From positions 1-64,000 of the forward strand of contig JBMORA010000022.1 in assembly GCA_049320885.1 (NCBI GenBank): a DNA stretch of 64,000 bases, written 5' to 3'. A model generated the notes under the pieces. It did no database searches. It was not told where the DNA came from and saw only the letters and a list, made by a program, of their open reading frames with translations. Shown here in pieces: positions 37,504 to 47,949 of this stretch; positions within the stretch are counted from its first letter, which is position 1, and every line of letters begins with the position of its first letter. This DNA comes from Thermodesulfobacteriota bacterium. Its GTDB lineage: Bacteria > Desulfobacterota > Desulfobacteria > Desulfobacterales > SURF-7. A program made the translations under genes and the position numbers.

Positions 37504-39192
37504 TTGAAGCTCTTGAGAATTTCAGGCCGGATTGTATGGTTCACCGTGCTGCTGATTGCCGTCGGGGGAGCCTCCGCCGAAACGAAGCCCCCCCTTCGGA
37601 ACGGAGGGAAGCCGGACCCGGATTTGGCATACCGGATCCGTCATCTGGAAATGCTGATGCGCTCCATCGACCGCGCGGCGGAAGATGTCCAGGCAATGCA
37701 ACGGCGGATGAAAGAAGGCGACGGCGTCGGTCGTGAGCATGAATTCCGAAAACAAATCCAGGAGCTGAGTGACAAGCAGGCCGGCCTGGAGGACGATTTC
37801 CGCCGTCTGGCCGCCGATGTCGATGAGATCAAAGTGGAGGATGTCCGGGCGGAAAAGAAGTTCGACTGGCAGAAGGAAATCGTGCAGTTGATCACCCCGC
37901 TGCTGCGAGAAGTCAATAAGATTACGGAGCGTCCGCGACAGATAGAGGAGCTGCGGGACAAGATTGCCTCCCATGGGGTCGAGCTGGCGCGGATCGAAAT
38001 GGCGCTCAATAATGTGGCGCGGTTGATACCCGCAGCGCAGAATGAGGCGCTGGAAGCCAGGCTGAAGGAATATCTCCGCTTCTGGCAAGGCCGGGAGGAG
38101 GAGATCCGGACGCGGATGGATATTGACCGGCGCGAACTTGCGCGTTATCTGGGGCAAGAGAAGACGGTCTCCGAATCCGTTTGGGATTTCTTCCGGCTGT
38201 TTTTCAAAAGCCGGGGCAGAAATCTGATCTGCGCGTTTTTGGTATTGTTCCTGATCTGGTTCGGGTTGTATTTTTTCTACAAGCCGATCCGGAAATACAG
38301 CCCGTTTCATCACCCGGAGCGATCCGTTTATACGCGTGTCTTTGACGCCACCTATTTTACGGCGGCCACTGTCCTGGCAGTGGCGGGATGCCTGACGACC
38401 CTGTATTTTTTCCATGACTGGGTATTGCTTTCCATAGCGGTTCTGTTTCTCCTGGGAATCGCCTGGGCCTCCAAGCAAGCCATACCCCATGTGTTGGACC
38501 AGTTGCGGATGATGCTGAACCTGGGACCCGTGCGGGAAGGGGAAGTCCTGGTGTACCGTGGTTTGCTCTTTGAGGTGCGTGCCCTGAACCTCTATTCCCT
38601 GCTGGAGAACAGGGCGCTCCAGGGCGGCCTTGTCCGGGTTCCCATCCGGGAACTGATCGATCACCGGTCCCGGCCTCAGCTCGACGATGAGCCCTGGTTC
38701 CCGAGTCAAACCGGTGACTGGGTGCACCTGTCGGACGGCGGATACGGCCAGGTGGTGGTGCAAACCCCGGAAACGGTCATGATCCGGCAGCCGGGCGGGG
38801 AGGCGGTTTTTTACCGAACCGGCGATTACCTGGCCTTTCGTCCCGTGAATCTGTCAAGGGGATTCCGGTTGTGGATCGCTTTTTCCCTGGGGTATGAAAC
38901 CATTTCAGGGGTCAACAAGGACATCCCGCGGGTTTTTGAAAAGGAGCTGCCGTCGATGTTGGCGGAACGGGGATACGGGGCCCAGGCCTTTCAGGGTGTT
39001 GCCGTTGTCTTCCGGAGAGCCGGGAGGAGTTCGTTGGATCTGCTGATCATGGCGGATTTCACCGGCGCCGCGGCTTGCGACTACAAAGTGCTGCCATCCA
39101 CCATCACCGGGATGTGCCTGGATATCTGCAACCGCCATCAGTGGCGGCCGCCCTTCCATCAGGTCCGCATCCATGGAAGGGAGCCGGAATAG
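37504..39192 (+). CDS. MscS-like mechanosensitive channel with a large N-terminal coiled-coil region
   Basis: Signal peptide, coiled coil, three TM segments, then LNLGPVREGE...V..LNLYS.L.N beta domain; TTG start after GGAG. Confidence 0.7.
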   Translation: MKLLRISGRIVWFTVLLIAVGGASAETKPPLRNGGKPDPDLAYRIRHLEMLMRSIDRAAEDVQAMQRRMKEGDGVGREHEFRKQIQELSDKQAGLEDDFRRLAADVDEIKVEDVRAEKKFDWQKEIVQLITPLLREVNKITERPRQIEELRDKIASHGVELARIEMALNNVARLIPAAQNEALEARLKEYLRFWQGREEEIRTRMDIDRRELARYLGQEKTVSESVWDFFRLFFKSRGRNLICAFLVLFLIWFGLYFFYKPIRKYSPFHHPERSVYTRVFDATYFTAATVLAVAGCLTTLYFFHDWVLLSIAVLFLLGIAWASKQAIPHVLDQLRMMLNLGPVREGEVLVYRGLLFEVRALNLYSLLENRALQGGLVRVPIRELIDHRSRPQLDDEPWFPSQTGDWVHLSDGGYGQVVVQTPETVMIRQPGGEAVFYRTGDYLAFRPVNLSRGFRLWIAFSLGYETISGVNKDIPRVFEKELPSMLAERGYGAQAFQGVAVVFRRAGRSSLDLLIMADFTGAAACDYKVLPSTITGMCLDICNRHQWRPPFHQVRIHGREPE

Positions 39193-39351
39193 TGAATGGT
39201 CGCTCATTCCCCTTTTCCCCCGGAGACAGCCGCTGTTCATTTCTGGATGTATCAATAAAAAACTAATTGATATAAATAGTTATTCTTTTGCATGGGGCTT
39301 TCAGCCAGGGCCGGATGCTTTTTGCTTGACTTCCCCGGGCCAGAGTTGGTA

Positions 39352-39373
39352 AATGAATGAGTATTCATTCATT
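39352..39373. promoter_or_regulatory. FadR(TetR)-type operator at the TetR gene promoter
   Basis: AATGAATGA-gtat-TCATTCATT, overlapping the -10 region of a TTGACT (39326) promoter. Confidence 0.8.
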
Positions 39374-39389
39374 CGGAGCGATAGCGACC

Positions 39390-40016
39390 ATGCCGGAAGC
39401 CGAGAATAAAATCAATCACAGCAAGGCAAGAGCCGACAAATATCATCGAATTTTGGAGGCGGCCATTCAGGTTTTTGCGGAGCAGGGCTTTTTCCATTCC
39501 ACCGTTTCCCAGATTGCCAAGGAGGCGGGTGTCGCCGACGGAACCATCTATCTGTATTTCAAAAATAAAGATGATATCCTGCTGCAGTTTTTCAATTACA
39601 AGACCAAGCAGGTCTTCAACCAGTTCCGGGAAGCGGTGGACCAGGCGGATAATGCCAAGGACAAGCTGCGGAATTTGATCCGCTGTCATCTGAAGGAATT
39701 TCAGCGGGATCGGAACATGGCCATCGTTTTCCAGGCCGAAGCCCGGCAGGGAAGGCATATCGAGCGCTATATCAAGGATTTGACCAAAATGTATCTGGAC
39801 CTGATCGGTGAAATCGTTGAAATGGGCCAGGAGGAAGGGGCCATGCGGAAGGAATTGTATTTGAGCCTGGTGAAGCGATATATCCTGGGCGCGGTGGATG
39901 AAGTCATCAACACCTGGGTCAACGCCGGGGGGGCATATGACCTGGTTTCCATGGCCGACCCGCTGGTGGAGCTGTTTTTACGAGGCATTGGAAGCAACGG
40001 AACATCCGCTACATAA
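39390..40016 (+). CDS. fadR: TetR family regulator, FadR/YsiA-like
   Basis: ILEAAIQVFAEQGFF.STVSQIAKEAGVADGTIYLYFKNKDDIL; heads a fatty-acid oxidation cluster; start set to ATG 39390 downstream of the operator. Confidence 0.8.
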   Translation: MPEAENKINHSKARADKYHRILEAAIQVFAEQGFFHSTVSQIAKEAGVADGTIYLYFKNKDDILLQFFNYKTKQVFNQFREAVDQADNAKDKLRNLIRCHLKEFQRDRNMAIVFQAEARQGRHIERYIKDLTKMYLDLIGEIVEMGQEEGAMRKELYLSLVKRYILGAVDEVINTWVNAGGAYDLVSMADPLVELFLRGIGSNGTSAT

Positions 40017-40071
40017 ACCATAAGGGGATCATCAAGGGTAAGAAACATTTTCGAGAAAAGGAGAAAACGAA

Positions 40072-41880
40072 ATGGCACAGCTGATTGCAGATCGCAGGGA
40101 TGTCGATTTTGTGTTGTATGAACAATTCCAGGTCGACGAATTGAGCAAGAACGAAGTCTATGAGGAATTCAACAAGAAAACCATCGACCTGATCGTTTCG
40201 GAAGCCAGGAATCTGGCGGTCAAGGAAATCCTGCCGACCCAGAAAATCGGGGATGAGGAAGGAGTGACCTTCGAAAACGGGGCCGTGACGGTGCCGGAGC
40301 CGTTCCAGCGGGTCTGGGAACTGTTCAAGGATGGGGAATGGCTGGCCATGCCGGAAGATGTTGAATACGGCGGGCAGGGAATGCCCCGGGCCGTTTCCAT
40401 GGCGGCCAGCGATTATCTGGTGGGGGCCAATTACGCCTTCATGATGTACCCGGGCCTGACCCACGGCGCCGGAAAACTGGTGGAGACCTTCGGCACGGAA
40501 GAGCAGAAACGGATTTACCTCAAAAACATGTATACGGGTAAATGGACCGGCACCATGCTGCTCACGGAGCCGGAAGCCGGATCGGATGTGGGCAATCTGA
40601 GCACCACGGCGGTGAAAAATGCCGACGGCACCTATTCCATCACCGGCAACAAGATTTTCATCTCCGGCGGCGATCATGACCTGGCGGAGAACATCATTCA
40701 TCCGGTTCTGGCCAGAATCGAAGGCGCTCCGGCCGGCACCAAGGGGATCTCCCTGTTTCTCGTGCCCAAATTCCGGGTCAACCCGGACGGCAGCATAGGG
40801 GAATTCAACGACGTGGTCTGCACCGGCATCGAGGAAAAGATGGGCATTCACGGAAATGCGACCTGCTCCCTGACTCTCGGCGGCAAGGGGCAGTGCATCG
40901 GCACCCTGCTGGGAGAAGAGAACAAAGGCATGCGCGCCATGTTCCTGATGATGAACGAGGCCAGGCTGCTGGTGGGACTCCAGGGATTCACCTGTGCATC
41001 CAATTCCTATCTGTACGCCCTGAATTATGCCCGGGAGCGCCTGCAGGGGCGACATCTGCTGAAGATGCTGGAAAAGGACGCTCCGCCGGTGGCCATCATC
41101 CAGCATCCGGATGTCCGGCGCATGTTGATGAACATGAAAGTCTACGTGGAGGCCATGCGCAGCCTGCTGTATTATGTCGCGTATTGCGAAGACAGGGCCA
41201 AGACCTCTGCCGATCCGGAAGAAAAGGACAAATGGCACGGACTGGTGGAAGTCCTGACGCCCGTGGCAAAGGGGTATGTCACCGACCGTTCCTTCGAGGT
41301 ATGCAGCACCGGCATGCAGGTGTACGGCGGATACGGCTATATCAAGGAATATCCCATGGAACAGCTGCTCCGGGATTGCCGCATCACCATGATTTACGAG
41401 GGGACCAACGGCATCCAGGCCATGGACCTCCTCGGCCGCAAGCTGGGGATGAAAAAAGGCAAATACGTGATGGATCTGTTCGGGGAGGTTCAGAAAACCA
41501 TCGGGGCCGCGAAGAAAACCGCCGGGCTGGAAGAATTGGCCGAAAAGGTGGAGAACTCCCTGAACAAGCTCGGCGAAGTCGCCATGCACATGGGGAAAAC
41601 CGCCATGAGCGAGAAGGTGCTCACCGCCTTTGCCTTCGCCCATCCGTTCTTGGAGGTCACGGGAGATGTGGTCATGTCCTGGATGCTGCTCTGGCGGGCC
41701 GTGGCCGCCAAGGCCAACCTGGCGAAAAAACCCAAGGATGCCGCTTTCTACAACGGCCAGGTAAAGTCCCTGGAATATTTTGTCCACACGGTGTTGCCCG
41801 TCACCGGTGGAAAAATGAAAGCGATCCTGTCGACGAACGGGGCTGCCGTTGATATCGAGGATGTTTCATTCGGCGGGTAG
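40072..41880 (+). CDS. Acyl-CoA dehydrogenase
   Basis: GTMLLTEPEAGSDVG, GNKIFISGG, KMGIHG, MMNEARL, YGGYGY, IYEGTNGIQA. Confidence 0.95.
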   Translation: MAQLIADRRDVDFVLYEQFQVDELSKNEVYEEFNKKTIDLIVSEARNLAVKEILPTQKIGDEEGVTFENGAVTVPEPFQRVWELFKDGEWLAMPEDVEYGGQGMPRAVSMAASDYLVGANYAFMMYPGLTHGAGKLVETFGTEEQKRIYLKNMYTGKWTGTMLLTEPEAGSDVGNLSTTAVKNADGTYSITGNKIFISGGDHDLAENIIHPVLARIEGAPAGTKGISLFLVPKFRVNPDGSIGEFNDVVCTGIEEKMGIHGNATCSLTLGGKGQCIGTLLGEENKGMRAMFLMMNEARLLVGLQGFTCASNSYLYALNYARERLQGRHLLKMLEKDAPPVAIIQHPDVRRMLMNMKVYVEAMRSLLYYVAYCEDRAKTSADPEEKDKWHGLVEVLTPVAKGYVTDRSFEVCSTGMQVYGGYGYIKEYPMEQLLRDCRITMIYEGTNGIQAMDLLGRKLGMKKGKYVMDLFGEVQKTIGAAKKTAGLEELAEKVENSLNKLGEVAMHMGKTAMSEKVLTAFAFAHPFLEVTGDVVMSWMLLWRAVAAKANLAKKPKDAAFYNGQVKSLEYFVHTVLPVTGGKMKAILSTNGAAVDIEDVSFGG

Positions 41881-41925
41881 ATGAAAATCCGGATAACAAC
41901 GAAGGATGGATGGCTGTGATACGAG

Positions 41926-41962
41926 AACGGGGCTCCGGTTCATGCGGTGCCCCGTTTTTTTC
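41926..41962 (+). terminator. Intrinsic terminator
   Basis: AACGGGGC...GCCCCGTT followed by a T-run. Confidence 0.6.
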
Positions 41963-42030
41963 TTGACGGACCGGGGTTACTTGATTAAAACGATACTTTA
42001 CTCCGATTAGATGAATGAGCGCTCATTCAT
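41963..42030 (+). promoter_or_regulatory. sigma70 promoter plus a perfect FadR-type operator
   Basis: TTGACG-17-TAAAAC (41963-41991); ATGAATGAGCGCTCATTCAT (42011-42030). Confidence 0.8.
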
Positions 42031-42135
42031 TTACGGCCACCCACGGAGAAAAGGTTTTCAGGCCGGCGGAACCGGATATCCGGACAGCCGGTTGACCATA
42101 TTCACCCAAAACTTGATGGAAAAAGGAAACCAGAG

Positions 42136-44202
42136 ATGCAACCCGTATTGATTTCACCATCCAACTACACCCTGTTGGGCATTCCCACATGGATTTTCTC
42201 GTTGCTGATCCCGGTTGTGGGCGTCGGATTGTTCACTTATATCATGGCCAAGCGTATCGCCCCGCTGGTGAAGGCGGCTCCCGACAATCGCTTCGACCAT
42301 ATCCCGGAACGTCTGATCAATGTGGCCAAAATCTGGCTGGCCCAATGGCGGCAACCCCGCTACATGACCGCCGGGGTATTGCATATTCTGATTTTTGCCG
42401 GCTTCCTGTCCCTGGGGCTGCGGTCCTCCCAGCTGGTCATTGTCGGCCTGAAAGAGGGCTTCGTCTTTCCCGGCATGGAGGGCCTGCCGGGTCAGATCTA
42501 CAATGTGGTGAAGGATTATGCCGCCACCTGGGTGCTGCTGGCCTGTATCGTGGCCGCCGTCCGGCGCGGAGTCTTCCGGCCGGAGCGCTACGAAGTCCCG
42601 GCCAAATACGGTCACGACCATACCGCCGAGGCCGTGTTCGTGCTGGGCGTGATTTCCACCCTGATGATCTCCGAAAGTCTTTTCGAGGCCAGCCAGGTGG
42701 CGGCCCAGTTCCAGAGCAGCGGTCACGCGGAGTTTCTGGCCCCGGCCACCTTGGTCTGGGTGTTCAAAACCATGCTCCTGGACACGCCGGTTGATAGACT
42801 GCAGACCATTCACATCCTGTCCTATTATATCCATGACCTGACCTTTTTCTTTTTCCTCTGTTTTCTGCCCATGGGCAAGCATTTCCATGTCATCACGTCG
42901 CTGTTCAACGTGTTTTTCATGCGGGTCAAGACCGGCAACATCAAGCCGGTCCAATACGGGATCACCGATGAGGAACTGGACAAGGTGGAATCCTTCGGCG
43001 TGAAGAAGCTGGAAGACTTCACCTGGAAGCATCTGCTGGATTTCTATACCTGCGCCGACTGCGGGCGGTGCTCGGACAACTGTCCGGCCAACGCCGTGGG
43101 ACGGCCTTTGTCGCCGCGTTTTATCTCCATCAAGGGCCGCGATAAAATCTTCCAGAATTATCCCTTGCGGGGGCCGTTCCTGAAAAGCCAGCCGTTGATC
43201 GGTGACATCTATGAAGAGGATGAAATTTGGTCTTGCACGACCTGCGGCGCCTGCGAACAGGAATGCCCCATCGGCATCGAATACATCGATAAGATCGTCG
43301 ACATGCGGCGCGGCATGGTGGACGAGGGCATGGTGCCCCAATCCCTGCAAAAACCGCTGGGTGCCATCGGCAAGCGCGGCAATCCCTGGGGAAAGATGGA
43401 AAAGAAACGGGCGGACTGGGCTACGGAGAAGGAATTCGCCGCCCAGATCCCCGTCAAGATGGTGGATGAGGGGGACAAGGCCGATACCCTTTATTTCGTG
43501 GACAGCATCAGCTCTTTTGATGACCGGATGCAGAAGATCGCCCAGGCCACGGCCAGGGTCCTGAACGCTTCCGGAGTGGATTTCGGCATCCTGGGCAAAA
43601 GCGAAAAAGACAGCGGTCACGAAGTCAGAAGATTCGGCGAGGAAATGCTGTTCCAGGACCTCAAGGGACACAACACGGAGTTGATTCTGGAAAGCGGGGC
43701 CCAAAAAATCGTCACCGCCGATCCCCATGCCTTGAACGCTCTCCGCAATGATTATCCCGGTCTGCCGCCGGTGGAACACATCAGCCAGGTGATCGTCCGC
43801 AGTGTCCAGTCCGGAAAACTGCGGCTCCGGATGGTGGAAGACGCATCGAAAGTGTATACCTATCATGACCCCTGTTATCTCGGCCGGCACAACAAGATCT
43901 ATGAGGATCCCCGCCAGGCCCTGGATGCCATCGAGGGCCTCCGCCGGGTGGAGATGCTGCGCAGCCGGGATCGCTCCTTCTGTTGCGGCGGCGGCGGACT
44001 GATGCTGTTCTATGAGCCGGAGGAAGAAGAACGCATGGGGGTCCTGCGGGTGAAAATGGCGGCCAAGGCCGGTGCCAACGTGATTGTCACCGCCTGTCCG
44101 TTCTGTCTGGTCAACATGGAGGATGCGATCAAGGTCGCGGGACTGGAAGGCAAAATGGAAGCCATTGATTTGTCGGAGCTGGTGGCCCGACACATCATGT
44201 AA
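42136..44202 (+). CDS. fadF: Membrane Fe-S oxidoreductase, FadF/ETF:menaquinone oxidoreductase-like (CCG domains)
   Basis: N-terminal TM domain with His residues, CADCGRC...CP, CTTCGAC...CP, YHDPCYLGRHN, CCGGGG, TACPFC; adjacent to etfBA. Confidence 0.85.
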   Translation: MQPVLISPSNYTLLGIPTWIFSLLIPVVGVGLFTYIMAKRIAPLVKAAPDNRFDHIPERLINVAKIWLAQWRQPRYMTAGVLHILIFAGFLSLGLRSSQLVIVGLKEGFVFPGMEGLPGQIYNVVKDYAATWVLLACIVAAVRRGVFRPERYEVPAKYGHDHTAEAVFVLGVISTLMISESLFEASQVAAQFQSSGHAEFLAPATLVWVFKTMLLDTPVDRLQTIHILSYYIHDLTFFFFLCFLPMGKHFHVITSLFNVFFMRVKTGNIKPVQYGITDEELDKVESFGVKKLEDFTWKHLLDFYTCADCGRCSDNCPANAVGRPLSPRFISIKGRDKIFQNYPLRGPFLKSQPLIGDIYEEDEIWSCTTCGACEQECPIGIEYIDKIVDMRRGMVDEGMVPQSLQKPLGAIGKRGNPWGKMEKKRADWATEKEFAAQIPVKMVDEGDKADTLYFVDSISSFDDRMQKIAQATARVLNASGVDFGILGKSEKDSGHEVRRFGEEMLFQDLKGHNTELILESGAQKIVTADPHALNALRNDYPGLPPVEHISQVIVRSVQSGKLRLRMVEDASKVYTYHDPCYLGRHNKIYEDPRQALDAIEGLRRVEMLRSRDRSFCCGGGGLMLFYEPEEEERMGVLRVKMAAKAGANVIVTACPFCLVNMEDAIKVAGLEGKMEAIDLSELVARHIM

Positions 44203-44295
44203 TCCGGGAGGAAATACGGTCAATTTTGTTCCGCAGGTTCGGGGCGGACTGCAAAGGCCTGCGAAATCGGTATCCACATAACAACAGCTGGGAGG

Positions 44296-45093
44296 ATGAA
44301 CATGGAAATTTTGGTATGTGTCAAGAGGGTTCCAGATACCTCGGAAAATGAGATCTCAGTCAGCGGCGATGGCAAGGACATCGAACGTGACGATCTGGTT
44401 TACTCGGTCAATGAATGGGACAATTATGCGGTGGAGGAGGCCATTCAGATCACGGATCGCGTCGGCGGCAATGTCACGGTTGTCACCATCGGCGACGATG
44501 ATTCCGAAGAAATCCTGAGAAGAGAAATGGCCATGGGCGCCCATAACGGGATTCTGCTCAAGGACGACGCCTTCAACGGGTCCGACGGCAAAGGGATCGC
44601 CACCATTCTGAAGGCAGCGGCGGAAAAGGGAAAATATGACCTGATTCTGACCGGCGCCCAGGCGGATGCGGGCGCCGCCCAGGTGGGCGGCATGCTGGCG
44701 GCCATGATGGACCTGCCCTATGCCTCGCTGGTGAACAAAATCGAGATCATTGACGACAAAAAGCTCAAAATCGGGCGGGAAATCGAGGGCGGCAACCAGG
44801 AAATGAACGAGATCGGCCTGCCTTGCGTGCTTTCCATCCAGACCGGCATCAACGAACCCCGCTATGTCGGTATCCGCGGCATCCGCAAGGTCGCTTCCGT
44901 GGAGATCCCCACCTACGGGGCCGGCGATCTGGGCATTGCCGCCGGCGCTGTCGGCGCCGCCGGTGCAAAAGTGAAGAAAATCGACTATTTCGTGCCGGCC
45001 CTGGGCGCGGGCGCTGAAATGCTCGAGGGCAGCAACGAAGAGATCATTGCCAAACTGATTGAACTCTTGAAGGCCAAAGGAGGACTGAAATAA
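44296..45093 (+). CDS. etfB: Electron transfer flavoprotein beta subunit
   Basis: ILVCVKRVPD, N.WD.YAVEEA, REIEGG, NEPRY. Confidence 0.95.
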   Translation: MNMEILVCVKRVPDTSENEISVSGDGKDIERDDLVYSVNEWDNYAVEEAIQITDRVGGNVTVVTIGDDDSEEILRREMAMGAHNGILLKDDAFNGSDGKGIATILKAAAEKGKYDLILTGAQADAGAAQVGGMLAAMMDLPYASLVNKIEIIDDKKLKIGREIEGGNQEMNEIGLPCVLSIQTGINEPRYVGIRGIRKVASVEIPTYGAGDLGIAAGAVGAAGAKVKKIDYFVPALGAGAEMLEGSNEEIIAKLIELLKAKGGLK

Positions 45094-46061
45094 TGGCTCA
45101 ACTATTCGCATACATCACGCATAAGGGATCCGTGGCCGATGATTCCGCCTTGGAACTGGTAAGCGCTGCCAAAAAGATCGACGCGGCGGCGAAGATCACC
45201 GCTGTCGTAACCGGTCAGGGAGCGGATTTGGACGCGGTCTGCCAGGCCATGACCGCTTCGTATTCAGAAGTCTGGAAAGTCGATAGCGCCGCCCTCGCCT
45301 ATCCCAACGCCGAAGCGGTGCGCAAGGCGCTGGTGAACATCCTGCCGGCGGGCAGCATCCTGCTGATTCCCCACGATACGTTCGGTATGGATCTCGGGCC
45401 GGGACTGTCCATCAAACTGAATGCCGGTTTTGTCGCGGATGTGGTCGGCATTGAAGGACTGGACGGCAATACGTTGAAGCTGGTACGGCAGGAATTCGGC
45501 GGACAGGTGAGCACCCATGTGGCTTGCGATATCGCGGGCGGCGCGGTCATCAGCCTGCGGCCGGGTTCCTTTCAGGCGGATGAAAGCAAGTCCGCCGGCG
45601 GGCAGGTGGTGGACAAGTCCGGCAGCGCGGGCGATCTCACCGTGGGCCGGAAATTCCTGGAAGTGGTGGCCGCCGAAGTGGGGGATGTGGACATCACCAA
45701 ATCCGAGGTGCTCGTTTCCATCGGCCGCGGTATCGAGGATGTGGAGAACATTGCCATCGCCCAGGAATTGGCCGAGGCCATGGGCGCGGTGGTTTCCTGC
45801 TCCCGTCCCATCGTGGACGCCAAGTGGATGGAAAAATCACGCCAGGTGGGTACTTCCGGTCAGACCGTCAAGCCGAAAGTCTATATGGCCATGGGTATCA
45901 GCGGCTCCTTCCAGCATCTGGGCGGTATCAAGGGCAATCCTTTTATCGTGGCGGTCAATAAAAACCCCAAGGCGCCCATTTTTCAGGTCGCGGACGTGGG
46001 TATCGTCGCCAATATCCTGGAATTCATGCCTGAATTGACGGAGAAGATCAAGGAAATGTAA
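45093..46061 (+). CDS. etfA: Electron transfer flavoprotein alpha subunit
   Basis: VSIGRG, SRPIVD, QVGTSGQTV.P..Y.A.GISGS.QH..G, APIF.VAD.GIV. Confidence 0.95.
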   Translation: MAQLFAYITHKGSVADDSALELVSAAKKIDAAAKITAVVTGQGADLDAVCQAMTASYSEVWKVDSAALAYPNAEAVRKALVNILPAGSILLIPHDTFGMDLGPGLSIKLNAGFVADVVGIEGLDGNTLKLVRQEFGGQVSTHVACDIAGGAVISLRPGSFQADESKSAGGQVVDKSGSAGDLTVGRKFLEVVAAEVGDVDITKSEVLVSIGRGIEDVENIAIAQELAEAMGAVVSCSRPIVDAKWMEKSRQVGTSGQTVKPKVYMAMGISGSFQHLGGIKGNPFIVAVNKNPKAPIFQVADVGIVANILEFMPELTEKIKEM

Positions 46062-46096
46062 TCCGCTGCGCAGCGGAACATTGCCGGTTTTGCATG

Positions 46097-46128
46097 GGCG
46101 GCTCCCATGGGCGGGGGCCGCCTTTTTT
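46097..46128 (+). terminator. Intrinsic terminator after etfA
   Basis: GGCGGCTCCC...GGGGGCCGCC-TTTTTT. Confidence 0.7.
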
Positions 46129-46606
46129 ATAGGGTCGCGAGATCGCCGGTGAGGATGCAGGCGAAGGTATCCTCACCCGCCGCGAATTTACAGACGGCTG
46201 ATTCTTGCGGATACTCCAGCGGAGTTTCCGATGTCTCCGGCAGGCCGAGCTCGAAGGATTGATCCTCGGGCAGCAGAAAGCTCAGCAGGCGTCCGGAAAT
46301 GGTGTTGACCAACTCGGCAATGGCGTCCAGTTCCACGGTTTCCGTCAATTCCGCATTGTCCGTCCAGCCGTAAAGATTTTTCGTGATTTCAACTGCCAGG
46401 GTGGCTGGAATGATCATCAGCATGGAGCCCTTGAGCGGACTGATCACGGGAATGCTGCACCAGTAGGATCGCGGCGGCACGGCTGCGGAGGATTTCGATA
46501 AGTCCCCGGGCGGCTGGTTCCACAGTACGACCTGGGTGAAAATCATGGTTTCGAACGTTTCCGAAACCGCCTGGAGCAGTTTTGGACAGACCGAAGCGGT
46601 GGTCAT
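46127..46606 (-). CDS. cheX: CheX/CheC-like phosphatase
   Basis: AVSETFETM, DAIAELVNTISG (ExxN), FELGLP; last gene of the che operon. Confidence 0.7.
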   Translation of the reverse strand: MTTASVCPKLLQAVSETFETMIFTQVVLWNQPPGDLSKSSAAVPPRSYWCSIPVISPLKGSMLMIIPATLAVEITKNLYGWTDNAELTETVELDAIAELVNTISGRLLSFLLPEDQSFELGLPETSETPLEYPQESAVCKFAAGEDTFACILTGDLATL

Positions 46607-46992
46607 GGTCGTTCCTCCCTCTGGTGCCCCAGCATCCCAAGGGCTTCTGAAATGCTTGCGGGGGATACGGGTTTATTCAGCACGGCGGCGGCATGCAGGG
46701 CGGTAAGTTCCGCGACTTTCTTGGGGTTGGCCGCGCTGGTGATGATCAGCACCGGTATTTCATGGAGCCGGGGAGAGGACTTGATGCGTTTCAGCAGTTC
46801 CTCTCCGTTCATTTCCGGCATATTCAGATCCGAAACCACCAGGTCCACCGGCTTTTCTTTCAATAGTTGCAGGGCCACGCGGCCGTTTTCGGCCTCCAGG
46901 AATTCACAAGCCTGGCAACCCGAAATTTCCAGACACCGCCGGATAAACATCCGGGCCATTCCAGAGTCGTCGGCGATCAGAATGCATTTCAT
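46603..46992 (-). CDS. cheY: CheY-like response regulator
   Basis: ILIADDS, SDLNMPEMNG, ITS, KP. Confidence 0.85.
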   Translation of the reverse strand: MKCILIADDSGMARMFIRRCLEISGCQACEFLEAENGRVALQLLKEKPVDLVVSDLNMPEMNGEELLKRIKSSPRLHEIPVLIITSAANPKKVAELTALHAAAVLNKPVSPASISEALGMLGHQREERP

Positions 46993-47864
46993 GGCTCACC
47001 GTCCTTTCCAGCGCCGAATAATGCCGTCCGGGTTTTGTCGAACTCGATCATCACGGTCATCATGAGGTTGTCCATTCCGGAGGTGGTGATGGCGATGTAT
47101 TTCGTATAATTCTGGTCCAGGGTATATCCCAGGGTGTCGGTTCCGGTCCCGGTTCCGCCCATCATGGCCACCATGTCCGCCAGATGGATCACATACACCA
47201 GGGGGCGATGGGCCTCTTCCGCTTCCGCGGGTTTGTGATGATGGCGGATGGCGGCCTGGAGGTTGGCCGGTAGTTTCCAGTGTTTGGCCAGCTCCGCGCC
47301 GATGATGCAATGATTGGCCCCCACCATGGCCTCCTCGGCTTCCAGGTAGTCCCTGACTTCCTCCTTTTCCAATTTTTTGAGCATTTCCGCTGGCAGCCCG
47401 GTGAGGAATTTGGAAAGAACCGATTTGCCGATGTCGTGCAGAATCCCCGCCGTATACGCCACCCCGGCCAGAATTTTTTCATGGGCATAACCGGACAATT
47501 CGTTGGCGGCGATGGCGGTCCTGAGACCGTGGGCCCAGAGTTCGCCTTTTTGACTCTCGTATCCGAGCAGGGGGCGGTTGAATACCTGCGGGGAAGCGAG
47601 GTTCATGGCCAGCGCAACCACCGATTTTTCACCGACATAGGGCAGGGCGTGGGCAACGCTTGAAATCTCCTGGCGGAGGCCGAAAGCCGCGGAATTCACC
47701 AATTCGAGGATTTTCGCGGTCAGGGCTGAATCCGTTACGACGATCTTGGCCACATCCTGGATGCTGTGGTCCGGATCGGCGATGATTTCAAGGAGCCGCA
47801 TGGAACTGGAGGACAACAGCGGCATCTGATGAGCCTTTTGAATTATTTCATTCAGTTTGGACAT
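46989..47864 (-). CDS. HDOD domain protein
   Basis: D.ALTAKILELVNSAAFG, LWAH, AGILHDIGK, HWKLP. Confidence 0.9.
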   Translation of the reverse strand: MSKLNEIIQKAHQMPLLSSSSMRLLEIIADPDHSIQDVAKIVVTDSALTAKILELVNSAAFGLRQEISSVAHALPYVGEKSVVALAMNLASPQVFNRPLLGYESQKGELWAHGLRTAIAANELSGYAHEKILAGVAYTAGILHDIGKSVLSKFLTGLPAEMLKKLEKEEVRDYLEAEEAMVGANHCIIGAELAKHWKLPANLQAAIRHHHKPAEAEEAHRPLVYVIHLADMVAMMGGTGTGTDTLGYTLDQNYTKYIAITTSGMDNLMMTVMIEFDKTRTALFGAGKDGEP

Positions 47865-47949
47865 AATGGGTACCTCTGTCTGGCCGGGTTACGGTTGGTC
47901 GCGCCGACAAACGTCGCTATACACGGCGGTTTCCGCATGGTCATGGGCA

